A DNA stretch of 64,000 nt, from contig LSRY02000006.1 of NCBI GenBank assembly GCA_001643675.2, positions 558,001-622,000 on the forward strand. The letters are read 5' to 3'. Each line of letters opens with the position of its first letter. Within the stretch, counting starts at the first letter, position 1. Made by a program: the position numbers and the translations under genes. This document shows, one piece after another, positions 23,422-36,700 of the stretch. The notes below the pieces were generated by a model that was not told where the DNA came from, did not search any database, and was given only the letters and a program-made list of their open reading frames with translations. This DNA is from Monocercomonoides exilis PA203 (lineage: Eukaryota > Protista > Preaxostyla).

Positions 23422-24079
23422 ATTTACGTTTTAAAAGTTGGAGAAAATATTTACCTGATTTGAAAATCCGCTGATTCCAGTTAAGATCAATCTTATAACT
23501 GTTGATTTTGATGAGATTATAGAAAAGAAATCAAATATTACAAAAATTAAATAAAATAATGAATTATCATTCTTTTTGTTGTGTTTGTTAGTCATCAATT
23601 AGTTTGGAATAATTTTTATTTTTTTTTTGAATTTTTTAAAAATCAGCTCAAATTTCTTGAAAATGAAAAAAAAAAACATATTTCAACTTCCAATTATTAT
23701 TTCTCTGAGGAGATAGTTTATATATGTTTATGATACCTCGTAAAAATAGTTTTGAGATAAAGACTTTACACTTGCAAAACACATCAAGAAAAATAACAAG
23801 TGCAGTGAGATATATTTATTTCTTAATAACCTTAAAAAATGAGATGATGAAGGTAATGAACAGAGAAAATCAATCACTTCTGCGAGAAATACAATGTATT
23901 GCTAACAAAAGTGAAAAAAAAAATATGAAAACATAATTTTTTTCTCTTTCAAAACTAAAATGAGCAACAATTCAAAAGCACAAGACATCCAAGCCACTTA
24001 AGCAGAAAGCAACACATCGAACATTCCAAGCAAAAAAACAAGACAGATTCTTCTCCATCAAACAAAACCTCCAAACAGA

Positions 24080-24109
<30 letters not shown>
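24080..24109 (+). repeat. (ATT)n microsatellite
   Basis: About 10 tandem ATT units downstream of the CHY gene. Confidence 0.9.
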
Positions 24110-24110
<1 letters not shown>

Positions 24111-24297
24111 TTTCTTTTTAAATGTAGAATACCGTATAATCTATGATATATTTACCTCATACAAAGGCAGCTTGACATCCAACTTCCCAAGAGAAACAAG
24201 ACGTCATCAATATTTATATATATATAATCTAAGGCCAAAAAAAAACAAGAAAAAAAAAATTATTTATTTTTTTTTTTTTTGTTTTTTGTTTTCGCAC

Positions 24298-27200
24298 TTA
24301 CTTCTTCTTCCCGCTCTCCTTCTCCTTCTGCTTCTTCCTCGACGTCGTCTTGTTCTCTCCCTTGTGCTTCTTCGCGTCTTTCCTGCCCATCTTCGTCGCG
24401 TCTCTACATCCCTTTCCTCCTTCCCAGTGCTGCTTTGTCTCTGTCCGTGTCAGTGTCTTCTTGCACAGCTTGCACACCACCCCAACCGGCTGCTCTTTGC
24501 TGCAGAAGCCACACACCATCCTCGATGCCCACACAGCCTTGTGGCTCGGCTCCTCTTTGTCGTGGCACGCATCACACGGAAACACCTTCCCACAACAAGG
24601 AAACCGCAGCCACCGGAACGAGGAGCGGTAGTGCCGGCACGCCCCGTTGCGAGGCAGAGGAGAGCCAACTTTCAGCCCCAGTGGCACATTCTTCACTTTC
24701 TTCGCATCAGCGCCGCTGCCAAAATCGCGGAAGACGCGGCGGATGGGCGAGCCTGCGTTGTCGAGGAACGTGATGCTGTCGAAGGAGAAGTTCATTGCGG
24801 CAAAGCACTTGAGACACACTCTCGAGGAGGATGCTGTGAAACCAGAGGAAGAAGAAGATGAGGAGGAGGAAGAAGAGGAAGAAGAAGAAGAAGCAGTTGA
24901 TCTTGCCACATTTCCATACGATGCTTCTTCCATGCACTTCTCACATGTGACATTCCATGACGAAGGCAGATAATCCACTGGCCGGCAACCTGCACATTCT
25001 GAGAAGAAGCCAGGCACAGCCGACGACGCATGCACCAGCGCCGAGCAGAAGTTGATCAAGAAGCCTGCAGTGCACCTGGCACACCTCAAAGAGAAAGACC
25101 TGGTGTGATACTGGGCAGGGATCGCAATGTCCATCGTCTGCTGGCAGCGGTTGCACTGAATGACACACCGCAGCGTCGAGATCTGCGCCAGCGCCACGTT
25201 GTTCAGCTTTGGATTCTCCAGCTTCAGCGTGCAGGGTGGCGGGGTACCCATAGGGAGTGTGCTTGCTTTGGCTGCAGAAGAACTGACAATATCGTCTTCA
25301 TCTTCTTCATCGTCGCTGTAATAGTCACTGTCTTCTTCGTCCTCGTCTTCATCTTCATCGTCTTCATCATCCTCGTCGTCGTCATCATCATCGTCATCAT
25401 AATACTCTGCCTCCCACATTCTCTTGAACCTTCCTGCTGATGACTCCTCCCAAAGAGACCCTTTCCCATCGTCTGGCTCAAACCCAATCCTTTCCGAGCT
25501 TCCTTTCCCTTTCGGCTGTGGCTTCGCCGCCTGCTGAGCTGCCTGCTTCGCTTTCTCCTGCAAATTCTGCTCTTTCACAGCCTGCTTCATCATCATCGTC
25601 AGCTGCTTCACCTTCTGCTTCTGTGTCAGTTCTTTCTCTTCCCTTTCAGCAGCCTTCATCTTCTTCATCTCCTTCTCCATCTCCTTTCCTGGCGCATAAG
25701 ACGACAGCGCAAACAGCAGCACTTCTTTATCCTTCTTCGACAGCTGCGATGCTGGAACAGGCGCCTTCCCCGCAGGCTGCACATTCTGCTCGTTCATCTT
25801 CGCAATGGCATCCTCCGAAAGCTTCAGGAAATCCCCTATTCTCACACTGCTCCCTTCTCCTTCTTCTCCATCTACCCCGTCTCCTCCTCCGTACTGCAGC
25901 CGCCACGCCATCAGCTGGTCTGTCATGATCTGCTGCATCTCCGGATCCAGAAGCCACTCTGGTTTGAAGCCCGAGGCGTCCAACGATTCCAGCGAAGGGA
26001 CTGTGCCGTCAGTGGCGCCTTGCTTCTTCATCGCTTCCATTAGCTCCATCGCCATCCGCATCCACGCCTCTCTCGCTGCCTCAGAGTTGCTTTGGTCTCC
26101 TTTCTCTCCTTTTTCACCTTTGAGCTTGTCTGATGATGTTTCCTCTGCCTTTGCTGAAGCAGATGCACCAGCTTCCGCAGCATCTTTTCCTTCTTCCTGT
26201 GCTTTTGCCTTCTTCTTCTTGTTCGCCCTCTTCTTCTTCGTCTCCCCCAGCACAATCATCACCCTCTCATTGTCGCTCTGCTCGCTCTCATCTGCGCTGT
26301 CCTCTTTCTCCTCCTCAATTCCAGCGCCACTTGCCATTTCTCCATCGTCTTTGCTGTGCTGCAGAAGAAACTGCCGCACAATCTCCCGCTCAGCAATCGA
26401 CTCTGGATCGTCCTCATCCACTTCGTGGAAGCCGCCGTCTTCTTCTGCTTTGCTCCCTTTGCCTCCTTTGTTCTCCTTGTCTTGCTCGGCAAACTCCTCC
26501 GCCACTGCTTCGTGTGCCGACGGGTCGATCATCTGCACATACACTTTCTTCGCCTTCTCGCTCTTCTTGTCGTGTTTGTGCGGAATATACACGTTGAAGT
26601 TGCTTTCTTCTTCTTCTTCTGTCTTGCTCGCTTTGGCTGTGATCTTTTCTCCTGTCGCATTCTGCGCTTCGGACTTGAGCTGCTCCGACGTCTCAACCAC
26701 AATCGACATCACAACTCGGTCAAAGGCCTTGATAATCTGCCGAATTGGTGGAAAGACTTTTGGTTGGTTCGAAGAAGAAGAGGAGGACGAAGCAGAAGAA
26801 GCAGAGGCAGCAGGTGTGTTCTGATTGAAATAAGGGAGTGTCCTGTCCGCAGTGGTGCTGCAGAGGATGCCAGAGAGAGCGTCGAGATGAGAGCGCGTCA
26901 AGCACTCGTCCGTCGGGGCGCTGACTGAACACCGGAAGAGGGTCGTTTGAGAGGCGTCGCCTGGCTTCTTCGCAGAAACCCTGCTGCTCCGCTGCAGAAG
27001 AAGCGCAACGTCGCTTCGCGTCAGCGGCTGGGGCACAGAGAAAGTGAGCGAAAACGGCTGGCGCCCAGACTCCAGCGAAGGATATCGAGAAAAGGGGAAG
27101 TCTGGGTCGGTTGGAACAAAAGGGACTGTGAACGACACAAGCTCTGGAGTGTCCTTGTGGATGACGAGCTTTGTGGTTGACGAAGAAAAAGTGGAAGAAG

Positions 27201-28287
27201 AGCTTTGAGAAGAATATTGGTCCGTATCATTCGAATTGCCTGAATAAAGAATGGAAAGCTGCCTCATTTCAACCTCCTTGCTGGGTGGGCGGAGGAATGG
27301 GATAGACACGCTTCTGGTCGAATACGGCTGCACAATCACTGGCTGATGTGAAGCCTGCGTTCGATTAGTTGTGAAATTTAGACCAAAATCGGAAAGAGCT
27401 ACTGAAGTTTTCGAAGTTTGTGAAGGCGCTGATAATTTGACTGCCGTTTGGACAGCAGAAGCTTCAGGTTGCAACGAAGATGAAGAAGGTCCACTTTGCG
27501 ATGCTTGGTCATTAGAATGTGAAGAAGCGGAAGTTGATGCAGAACTTTTTTCGGTTGATTGATTCGCAATCTCAGATTTAAAACTCTTTTGCTTAGATTC
27601 AGAATATTCATTTTCTGCTTTATCACTAATAATGTGTTTCTGTTCTAATTCCACTGAAGATGATTTGCTTACTTTTTTCTTTGTATGTTTTTCTTTTCTT
27701 TGCTGTTTTTCTGCTGTTTTGGTGATTTGTTGCGAAGGCATATCTTCTTCTGCAAGGAACGTGACTCTTCTTTCGGTAGCTCCATCAGCTCGCACAGTAG
27801 AATATGAATCCGTATAAGGAGAGATAGCAGTCATTACTGCCATACTGGCGAGCCAATCAGAAGTTGGAAGAATAATATTGTGAGAAAGAGATGCATGAAG
27901 AGAGATCTGAGAAGAAAGCACTGTATCCAATAGTTTACGAACAGGCGTAGGAATGTCTTCATTAACAATTTTTATACTTACAGAATTTTGATTTGGATAA
28001 TCTGAAGAAAGAAATTGTAAAAGGTAATAAAATAAATCATAAACTGCTAACTTTCTTCAATGGTATATAGCGCTTCAAAAGTATCCAAGTCCAAATGAAT
28101 TGCTTCAAGTGGTGGAATACAGATTTTAACTTCAATTGGAAAAGGGGCTTTTTTCACTATCTATTTCGCAATAAACCCACTTTGATATTAAAACAGTTGA
28201 CATAAACAGAATTTAATATACTTTTATCTTATATTTTAATTTTATTGCTTCGAGCTCTTTTAAAATGAGCTCTTTTGCTTGGGACAT
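24298..28287 (-). CDS. CHY-type zinc-finger protein with N-terminal RWD-like segment(s), acidic middle region and additional CxxC ribbons; introns 28221-28161, 28051-28002
   Basis: C-terminal GACRHYRSSFRWLRFPCCGKVFPCDACHD...H...MVCGFC...CKLC is a CHY finger. The PTDPDFPF motif resembles fungal/protist CHY proteins (S. pombe C18H10.09-like, from memory). The spliced N-terminus MSQAKELILKELEAIK...YTIEENYPNQ joins the 1210-aa ORF in frame. Confidence 0.85.
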
Positions 28288-28372
28288 CGCTCGTGAGATA
28301 TTACTTAAATAATAAATAATTAGACTATGATCATTTGATCAAAAACTTGTTTTGTTTTCATGCTAATCAGCA

Positions 28373-28889
28373 ATGCAAAGAAATTTAAGCTATGAAGATG
28401 ATTTTAGCATGCTATGGAGCGCTTTTGGAATGAGTCGTAATACACATATAACAGAAGATCAAAATATGCCTCTTTTTGAAATAAAAACTGTGGATTCTCC
28501 AATAGGCATGATGATATATACAAAACAACCAAAATATTTGAACGGCATTTTCATTTTTTTTTTTTTTTTCCTTCAATTTAGAATTAGCATCAAAGCAAAT
28601 GAAAAGGGCACAAAAGCAACTTTCTTCACAATTAGATTTTCAGCATTTAGCTGCAGGAGAAGAAATACAAGGACAGTGCTGTCATTGTTTAAAAGTTATA
28701 AAAAAGGAGCAGATAAATTATTGCGATATTTGTGGAAAGATTCTCTGCACTGATTGCTACATCAAGAAGTCTGAAATATATTTTCCCTCTTTTTTTTCAT
28801 AAATGCTTTTTTTTATTTTGAATTATTTCAGATATGGCAAATTTAATACTCTAATAATTTGTCCTGATTGTTCATTGGAAACGGATTGA
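28373..28889 (+). CDS. Small protein with a C-terminal 4xCxxC zinc finger (CCHC-CDIC-CTDC-CPDC); two introns (first ends 28581; second 28769-28831)
   Basis: Removing the T-rich introns joins MQRNLSY..., ASKQMKRAQ...CCHC...CDICGKILCTDCYIK and KYGKFNTLIICPDCSLETD* in frame. The first donor is ambiguous. Confidence 0.65.
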
Positions 28890-29588
28890 GCAAACAATGT
28901 TTTAAGTTGAGATTTTGAAATCATTTTTTAGAGAGTTCGCTTTTCGTGAAGTACATGTAAAGGATATCTGTTTATGCATGTTACGTTAATTATCTGAATG
29001 GATGCAAAATGATTTCGAAAACATAGGTTCAAATTTTAGCGCTTATTGATGAATATTCGTAAATTATGATATTTTATATTTTATCCATGCATCATTTCTT
29101 TCACTATTTCTCTCTTTCTCTTCTTTGGTTTACTCGTGCTTTTTTTTGTACTGTTTTCTTTGAAATGGAAAGATTTTGAAATTATTTTTCAAAGAAATGA
29201 ATGAGTCTCGATTGTTCGAAAAGCAAAACATTTTTTAGAATCGTGAAATAAAAAATTGTATCAAATTCCACAAATTTTTCAAAATTTCTCCATTAAATAA
29301 AGTTATTCACAAACAATTTTCAGCTGAACTATCTTATGTCGTTTTTTTAATTGAAAAAATATAAAAATTATTAAAATGCTACTTTTGCTGGAATCGCATG
29401 TTACAACTTTTTTCGTAAGAAAAAAGATGTCGTCAATAAAAAATCTACTGTTTAATGAATTCATTTGTGTAATTTTTGTATGTGATTTGTTAATTATAAA
29501 TACACCATTTATTATTCAAATTTGGTCAACTTATTAATCGAAATTGGTCATTTAATTATTCAAAATTAATAAAATTGAGTATTTTTTT

Positions 29589-30184
29589 AAAAAGTTTTTT
29601 TGTGAAAAATTGGTTTTTGGCTGAATGTTGGAAAGTGATGAAAATATTATATTCAGTCAATATTCGAAATATAGATGAGAATTTGAACCCAGATTTTTAT
29701 AATTTGTGAATAAACAGAAATTTTCTGATTTTTCAGAAAAAAAATCATCATCATGGAAATAGGATAGTTTTTGAATTATTTCACCTCACATCGATCAATA
29801 ACAAATAATTCAATCATGAAATGTTATTTGCTTCTATTTTGTAAATTGGAAACTAAAATTTTTTTCTATAGAAAAAAATCCATTAATGTTCATTCAGGAT
29901 TCTTCATTTGTTTTTTATAGTTCTTATAAATATTTCGAAGTGTAAATAACATTTCATGATTGAATTATTTATTATTGATCGATGTGAGGTGAAATAATTC
30001 AAAAATTATCCTATTTCCATGATGATGATTTTTTTTCTGAAAAATCAGAAAATTTCTGTTTATTCACAAATTATAAAAATCTGGGTTCAAATTCTCATCT
30101 ATATTTCGAATATTGACTGAATATAATATTTTCATCACTTTCCAACATTCAGCCAAAAACCAATTTTTCACAAAAAAACTTTTT
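29589..30184. repeat. Long inverted repeat: arms 29589-29829 and 29944-30184 (241 bp each, 2 mismatches seen), 114-bp spacer; degenerate outer arms to ~29468 and ~30336
   Basis: Direct reverse-complement comparison, e.g. GTGAAAAATTGGTTTTTGGCTGAATGTTGG vs CCAACATTCAGCCAAAAACCAATTTTTCAC, and CACCTCACATCGATCAAT vs ATTGATCGATGTGAGGTG. Outer matches: CACCATTTATTATTCAA/TTGAATAATAAATGGTG and TGTAATTTTTGTATG/CATATAAAAATTACA. Confidence 0.97.
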
Positions 30185-30723
30185 TTATTTAAAAATACTC
30201 AATTATACTAATTTCGAATAAAAAATTTTCCTATGTTGAATAATAAATGGTGAAAATTTGAAAGCCATTTTTTCAATTTCTCTGTTTCTTTTTCTCTTTT
30301 ATGGAATGAATAATACAAATTCATATAAAAATTACATAATTCTTAAAACGTTAAACATCAAAAACTGGTTAAATGAAAAAACAAAAAGGAAGATATAATA
30401 AATAAATCAATATTTTTAAAAATAACAAAGAACTTCACTTTAATAAATGTTAATTGAAAAATAAACCATTGAAGAAAGATAAAAATACAAGTTAAAAAAA
30501 AAAATCAAAGAATAGATTCCTTCAAATATATATATATATATATTTCATTCAATCATTTCAGTTTATGCAATATACATATTTTCTTTTTGCGTTGATGAAA
30601 AATTCACAATCAACAAAAAAAAAAAAGGAAATGATCAATAATACCCATAAGAACACAAATATTATCAAATCAAAGAATATTTTGGAGATTCTTGGGCTTT
30701 AAAGGAGCGACACGCTGTCTGGA

Positions 30724-33700
30724 ATGAGTTGCCTGGCTTTTATAATTTGTTTTCAATGCTTTTCAATGGACGCAGCAAATAATGAAGCAGACAAGAAAGA
30801 AGGATCAAATGAATTAGAAAAAGAGACACTCCAGGACAGCTTATCTCCAAATGATTTTCAAAGCAGAAATATATTTGAGAAAAATGCAACTGAAAAGAGA
30901 TTAAGAACTGATAGTATCCATAAGGAAGACTTTGATGAAAGAAATCACAAAAACGACATAAAGTGTGATACAGAAAGCAAGAAAAGAAGAAAATCACTGG
31001 GATGCATTCATGAAGGGCAAAAACGTTGGAGTTCAAACAACAATGTTGAAGAAAGTTGGATTGAAGGATGCCTGAAAATGATGAATTCTTCAGTTCGATG
31101 TGTTGATTTGATAATCGTGGAAAGAACAAACAACTGTATTATTGAAGCAGAAAAGAAGAGTTGTGTTGAATTAAAAGGATGCATTTTATTCTTTGGTGAA
31201 GAAAACTCACCTTTGAAATTGACTGAAAGTTGTGCGGTTTTGGTGAATGTTTCACTCGCATCATCAACTCAACATCTTCATTCAATTCCTCCTCTTTTTG
31301 CTTCAGAACGATCAGAAAACCAATTTGAACGTTTCGGAAGCATTTCAATATACTCTTCATGTTTTTCATCCTTTTTGGTCTCAAGACCTCCATTTCTCTC
31401 ATCTGCATTTGTTGAGAGTATTTCACTTTCCAATTTGGATTTCTTCAACTTCTCAACAACTCCAGCAAAAACTGAATCACACTCAACTTGCCAATGTGGA
31501 AAAACAACCTTTATGAATTCTTGTTCATTTCATTCAGTCTGTGATGTGTATGATGGAGGAATTGTTCCCTCAATCAACAACCCTTTCACTTCTTTGACTG
31601 CTTCGAACACTTCGTTTGTTGGATGCCTCCGGACAAGAAATGTTGAATTCATCGGGACAAAAGATGGAAAGCTGACTCCAGGAAGACAGAACGAAACAGA
31701 CGATGGACAGAACACATTCATTTGGTGTGAGTGGAACGGATCGAAGACAACTGGAGAAAGTGTGTCTCATTCAGATGGGATATCGAGTGGAGGGGCAATC
31801 AATATGTTTAATTTGGAAAATGGAAAACTTTCCGTTTCTCATTGTTCATTCAGTAACTGTTACGCACATTTTGCTGGAGGCGGAATAATGTGCTATAGAG
31901 TTAAATCAGTGAAGATTGAGAATAATTCATTCAATTTCTGCGTTGCAAAAAATGATGAAGGAGGAGGGATCATGGTGTATTCAATATCATCCTGTACAAA
32001 AATCTGCAAATGCGAATTCCAGAAATGTTCTGCTTATAGTTGGGGAGGAGGAATATATTTGAATTCTGTGTTAATTTCCAGTTCAAAATATCAAACTAAA
32101 AAAAATGAAGAAGAGGAGAATGCCTGCATAATTTGTTGCTCATTCTTTTCATGCTTTGTTGATGGTTCATACGGAGGAGGATTGCGCTGTGTGACTGTTC
32201 CAGCTGCATTCAAAATAAGGAGCGTTGAGTTTGTTTCTTGTTTAGCAAAATCATACGGTGGAGGAATGCTTCTGGAACCGAATGAACCATTGGCATCAGT
32301 GAATGAGTTTTTCTGTTGTTTCATGCTCTTCCATGAATGCAGATGTTTGAGTGAAGCACCATTTGGTCATGATGCAATATATTATGATTACTTTAATCTC
32401 TTTTTGAATTCTGTAAGTCCTTTTAAAGAATGTTACACTACAAATACAGATGACAAGAGAATGTGCTATGCATATAATTATTCGAATACAAAAGGTTGGA
32501 TGTTTGATCAAATGTCAAAAAAGGATTGGCTGAACGACAAGACTATTTATGTTTCAGTTGAAGGAGATGATTCAAATGAACAATGTGGAGCAAATGAAAC
32601 ATTTCCTTGTCTGACAATTAAGAAGGCATTTGAGATGTGTGAGATACAGATTAGTTTGACGATCACTCTGATGGAAGGGAATCACACAAGCGAAACAACA
32701 ACAATTGAAATTGGAACAAAGAAGATATCTGTAATTGGGAAAGGAAGAGAGATGAGTGCTATTGGAACAGGAGAACTTTCATTAACAAGAGCGCTGTTCA
32801 GAGTGACAACAGGTCATTTAGGTTTAATGCACTTGGGAATCGATCACAATTCATCAGCGGGTTCTTCACCGAGTGTGGTTGTGGTGACTGGTGGGAGTGG
32901 CTCGCTCTCATTGGAGGATGTTTTGATCACGAAGAGTGTTTCTTCAGTGAACGCGATATCATCGTCTGTGTTTGTGGTTCCTCTCTCACAGTTGTCGATG
33001 ATCGATGTGGAAATCAAAGAAATGAATATTTCTCAATCATTGTTCTCAGAACCTGTTTTATCTTCTTTTTCATCCTCTTCCTCTGCATTGCTGCTGACAA
33101 CCGCCACATCAAAAGAGAGCTCATTGGCAAATATCACGGTGAAGAATGTGAAGCAAGCGAATGGGGACGGGGTGGTTGTGGCAAAATCAGTTGCTGAAGA
33201 GGAAACGTTTGTGGTGTGGAACGCCACATTTGAAGATTGTGAGTGCGAGAGAGGCGGCGGTGGTGGAATCAAAGTCAAACAGGAATCAGCAACAAGCAAG
33301 TTTCAAATGGGAGAAACAGCATCATCCAGTGGAGGAACAATTGCATTTACCCGATGCAGTTGCAGTGCGTTTGGAGGAGGAGTAATGATGTGGCTTGCAG
33401 AGAACTCATTTGACTTTGAGATATCATCAGTGAGCTTTGTTGGTTGCGGTGCAACATTAGGAGGGAAAGATGTGTTTGCGAATGGGAGCAAGCTGGTGAG
33501 AGGGACAATAACAACCACAAAGCTGAATGTTGAACACAATGGATCTATTTACGATGAGCTGATGGGATATGACCGGAACGAGGCAGGGATGGGAATATTT
33601 CCATTGAATGTGTTTTTTGATTCATTTTCAGGAGCAGCACATGTGGGGAAGAAGAAAGACGGATATGGAGGATATGATTCGTGGTTTTGTGGGTTTGAGT

Positions 33701-36700
33701 ATTATTCATGTGCCACAATTGCATTTGCAGTTGAAACACGATTTGCAACAGGAAATAAGAAAATTGTGTTGGATACAGGGTTTGAGTTGGCAGAAGTTGT
33801 CTCGATGGCAGGGTCATATGAGTGGGAGGTGTATTGTGAGATTAACAAGACGGAAGTGAATGTGAAGGTTCCGAGTGGAATGACGTCATCGTATTTGATT
33901 AATGTTGAGAGTGCAAGTTCAATAAAGAACATTGACTTCCAAATTCCACATCAACTTTCGGGTACAACATCACTCATTGCTTTGACCAGCTCATCACTCA
34001 CACTCACAGACTGTTCAGTTGCTCATTCATCAGAGAGCACATCGAGTGTGGCCTTTGGATACAGCATTGTGAATGTGCAGAGTGGGAGTCTGAAAATGGA
34101 AAGATTTGTTGTTGAAGAAGGTCTGACATTCAATGATCATTCAGCCATTGAATTTTGTGAAGGAATGACAAGTGTGATTTGTTCAGGATGCAATATCAGT
34201 GGAGTTGTGAAGGAAGGAGGAGATGGAGGATGGATGAAAGGAACAGTTGGAGGGAGTGGAACGTTGACTGTTGATGGATGCAGTGTGAATGGGTGCAGTT
34301 GTGCTGGTGGAAAGGGAGGAGGAATATATGTTGGATTGAAGGGAAATGGGAAAGTGGTTGTGAATGGAACGAGTGTGATTGATGGGAATAAGGCAGAGAA
34401 TAATGGAGGGAGAGGAGGGAATGGAGGGGGGATGTTTGTGCTGATGGAGAGCGGGGGTTGTGGATTGACAATTGGGCAGAATGTGAAGTTTTCGAAAGTG
34501 AATGGGAATGTGGCAGAATATGGGAAGGATGTGTTTGTTGATTGTGGGAGTGGAGTGTATTTGGAGTCAAAAGTGAATACAAGCTCATTTTCGTTTTTTG
34601 ACACAAGCACCATTCCATCAGATGTGTTGAAACTGAGTGGGAGTGAGAATGGGGATGAAAGCGGAGTGATTCCGCTGTTTGTGTATTTGTGCTCAATGGG
34701 GACAAAGGTGATTGTTGATGGGAGTGGCAGAAATGGGATGGATCACAACCATTGTGGATTTGAGGCATTCAGATGTTTGACAGTGGATTATTGCGCGAAC
34801 TCAAGATTGAGTGAAAGTTCAAATGAAATAGAGGTTGTCTCATCTTCATCAATAAGGGATGAAATTGAATTGTCTTTATTTGGTGTGAGTATTTCAGGCA
34901 GAATAGTGTCATCATCATCAGAGGATGGAGAGAGGATGGGTGTGAATGTGAGTGATGGAGGATCAGCCACACAAGATTGGCTCGTTGGATGTTCGAGTTC
35001 ACTGACAATGAGCAGACTTTCATTTGTTGTGAAAGGTCAGATGAATCCAAGGAGAAGAACATTCATTCATTCAACATCAACACTCAGTGTGACGAACTGT
35101 TCAGTCTCATTTGAAAGTGGGGCATTGACTGATGGAAAGATAGGATATAATGTGATAAACATTGAGGGGGGAGAACTGATTGTTGATGGATTTGTGATGG
35201 AAAGTGGAGTGACGCTGACAATGAATGGGAAATCGCCAATATCAATGACAAATGGAATGAGATTGGAGATGAAGAATAGCAGAGTGAGTGGAGTAGAAGT
35301 GATAGGAGAAGATGGGGGATGTTTGAATGTTGGGATGAAGGAAGGTGGATGTGTGAATATTGAAGAAAGCAATTTGTCCTCGATCTGCTCAGGTGGAAGT
35401 GGGATGAAAGGGGGAGGGATGATGATATCAATTGGAAGTGGAGGAAGTTTGGAAATGAAAAATGTGAATTTGTCTGAATGTGCTGTGCCATCAGAGGATG
35501 TTGAGAATGGAGGAAGAGGAATTGGAGGAGGGATATTTGTGAAGCTGGCAGATGAGATTGGATCATTTGTGCTTGAAGGAATGGAATTTGTTGGGTGCAA
35601 TGCCTGGAAAGGGAAGAACATGTTTGTTTCGGGATGGGATCTGAGAGAGATTGTGAACAAGGAACACTTCAAATGGGAGATGAATCCAGAAGAGTTGGGA
35701 TCATTGGATGAGCTGTGTGGATGGGAGAGGAAGACAACAGGAGAGGAGGGATATGTGATTCCATTGGTTGTGTATTTGTGGAGTAATTGGAGTGGGAATG
35801 GGTTTGTTTCGAAAGATGGAGGAGGAGACTTCAGTGAATGTGGGTTTTCTGAGGCACCATGTTCATCGATTGAGCACCTGATATCACTGAGATATTCGAC
35901 GCTTGATGAAGGGGAATCCCACATCAGCATTGTGGGATCAGGGTTTCTGAGACATTCCATATCATTCTTGTCATCATCGCCTCCAGCTTCACCTGATTCA
36001 GAGTCACAAAAAGTGGTGATTGAAGGAACAATGAAAGGCACAGCAGTGATGACAAGCAATGATGAAGATGAGAATGATATGATTGGTGGTTCATTAATAT
36101 CATCTGGTGTGAGTCTGACACTGGAAAATTTGTCATTCTCAAATACAAATCCAAACTGCCATTATGAGATATTGATCGAGTTATCAGGAGCAAACATCTG
36201 TTTGTCAGTCGTGGATTGCTCATTTTGTTCATTGAATGGAATGGCAGATGCAGGGTTTTGTGTGATGAAAGTGAATGGATGCAGAGTAATTGTTCAAGGA
36301 TGTTCGTTGGATGCGGTTGGCAAATTGAAAGGGTTCATCGCTTTCAATGCAGCAGCAACAAGGGAGGTGATTGTGGAGGATGTGAATATCTCGAATGTTG
36401 GGGTGAAGGAGAGAAGTCTGATATCGATGTTTGAGGATGAACAGATGAATGGGATGAAAGCCAAAAGAGGGATAAACAGGGGAGAAAGCAGGCATTCAAA
36501 CAACGAAAAAGTGGTGATAAAAGTGAGTGGGTCTTCGTTCACAAACATCACAAATGGAGAAAACAGAGCAGGGGTGTTGAGTGTGGATTCATTTGAGAGT
36601 GCGATGGAGTGTGTGTTGGAGGGGTGTTCGGTTTCGAGTTGCAGGAGTGAAATGAGCGAGGAAGGAGGAGGGATGAAAGTGTGTCTGAAGAGAGGAGAAT

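Noticed and set aside
29589-30184. CRISPR array or autonomous transposon
   Set aside because: There are only two inverted arms, no repeat-spacer periodicity and no transposase ORF.
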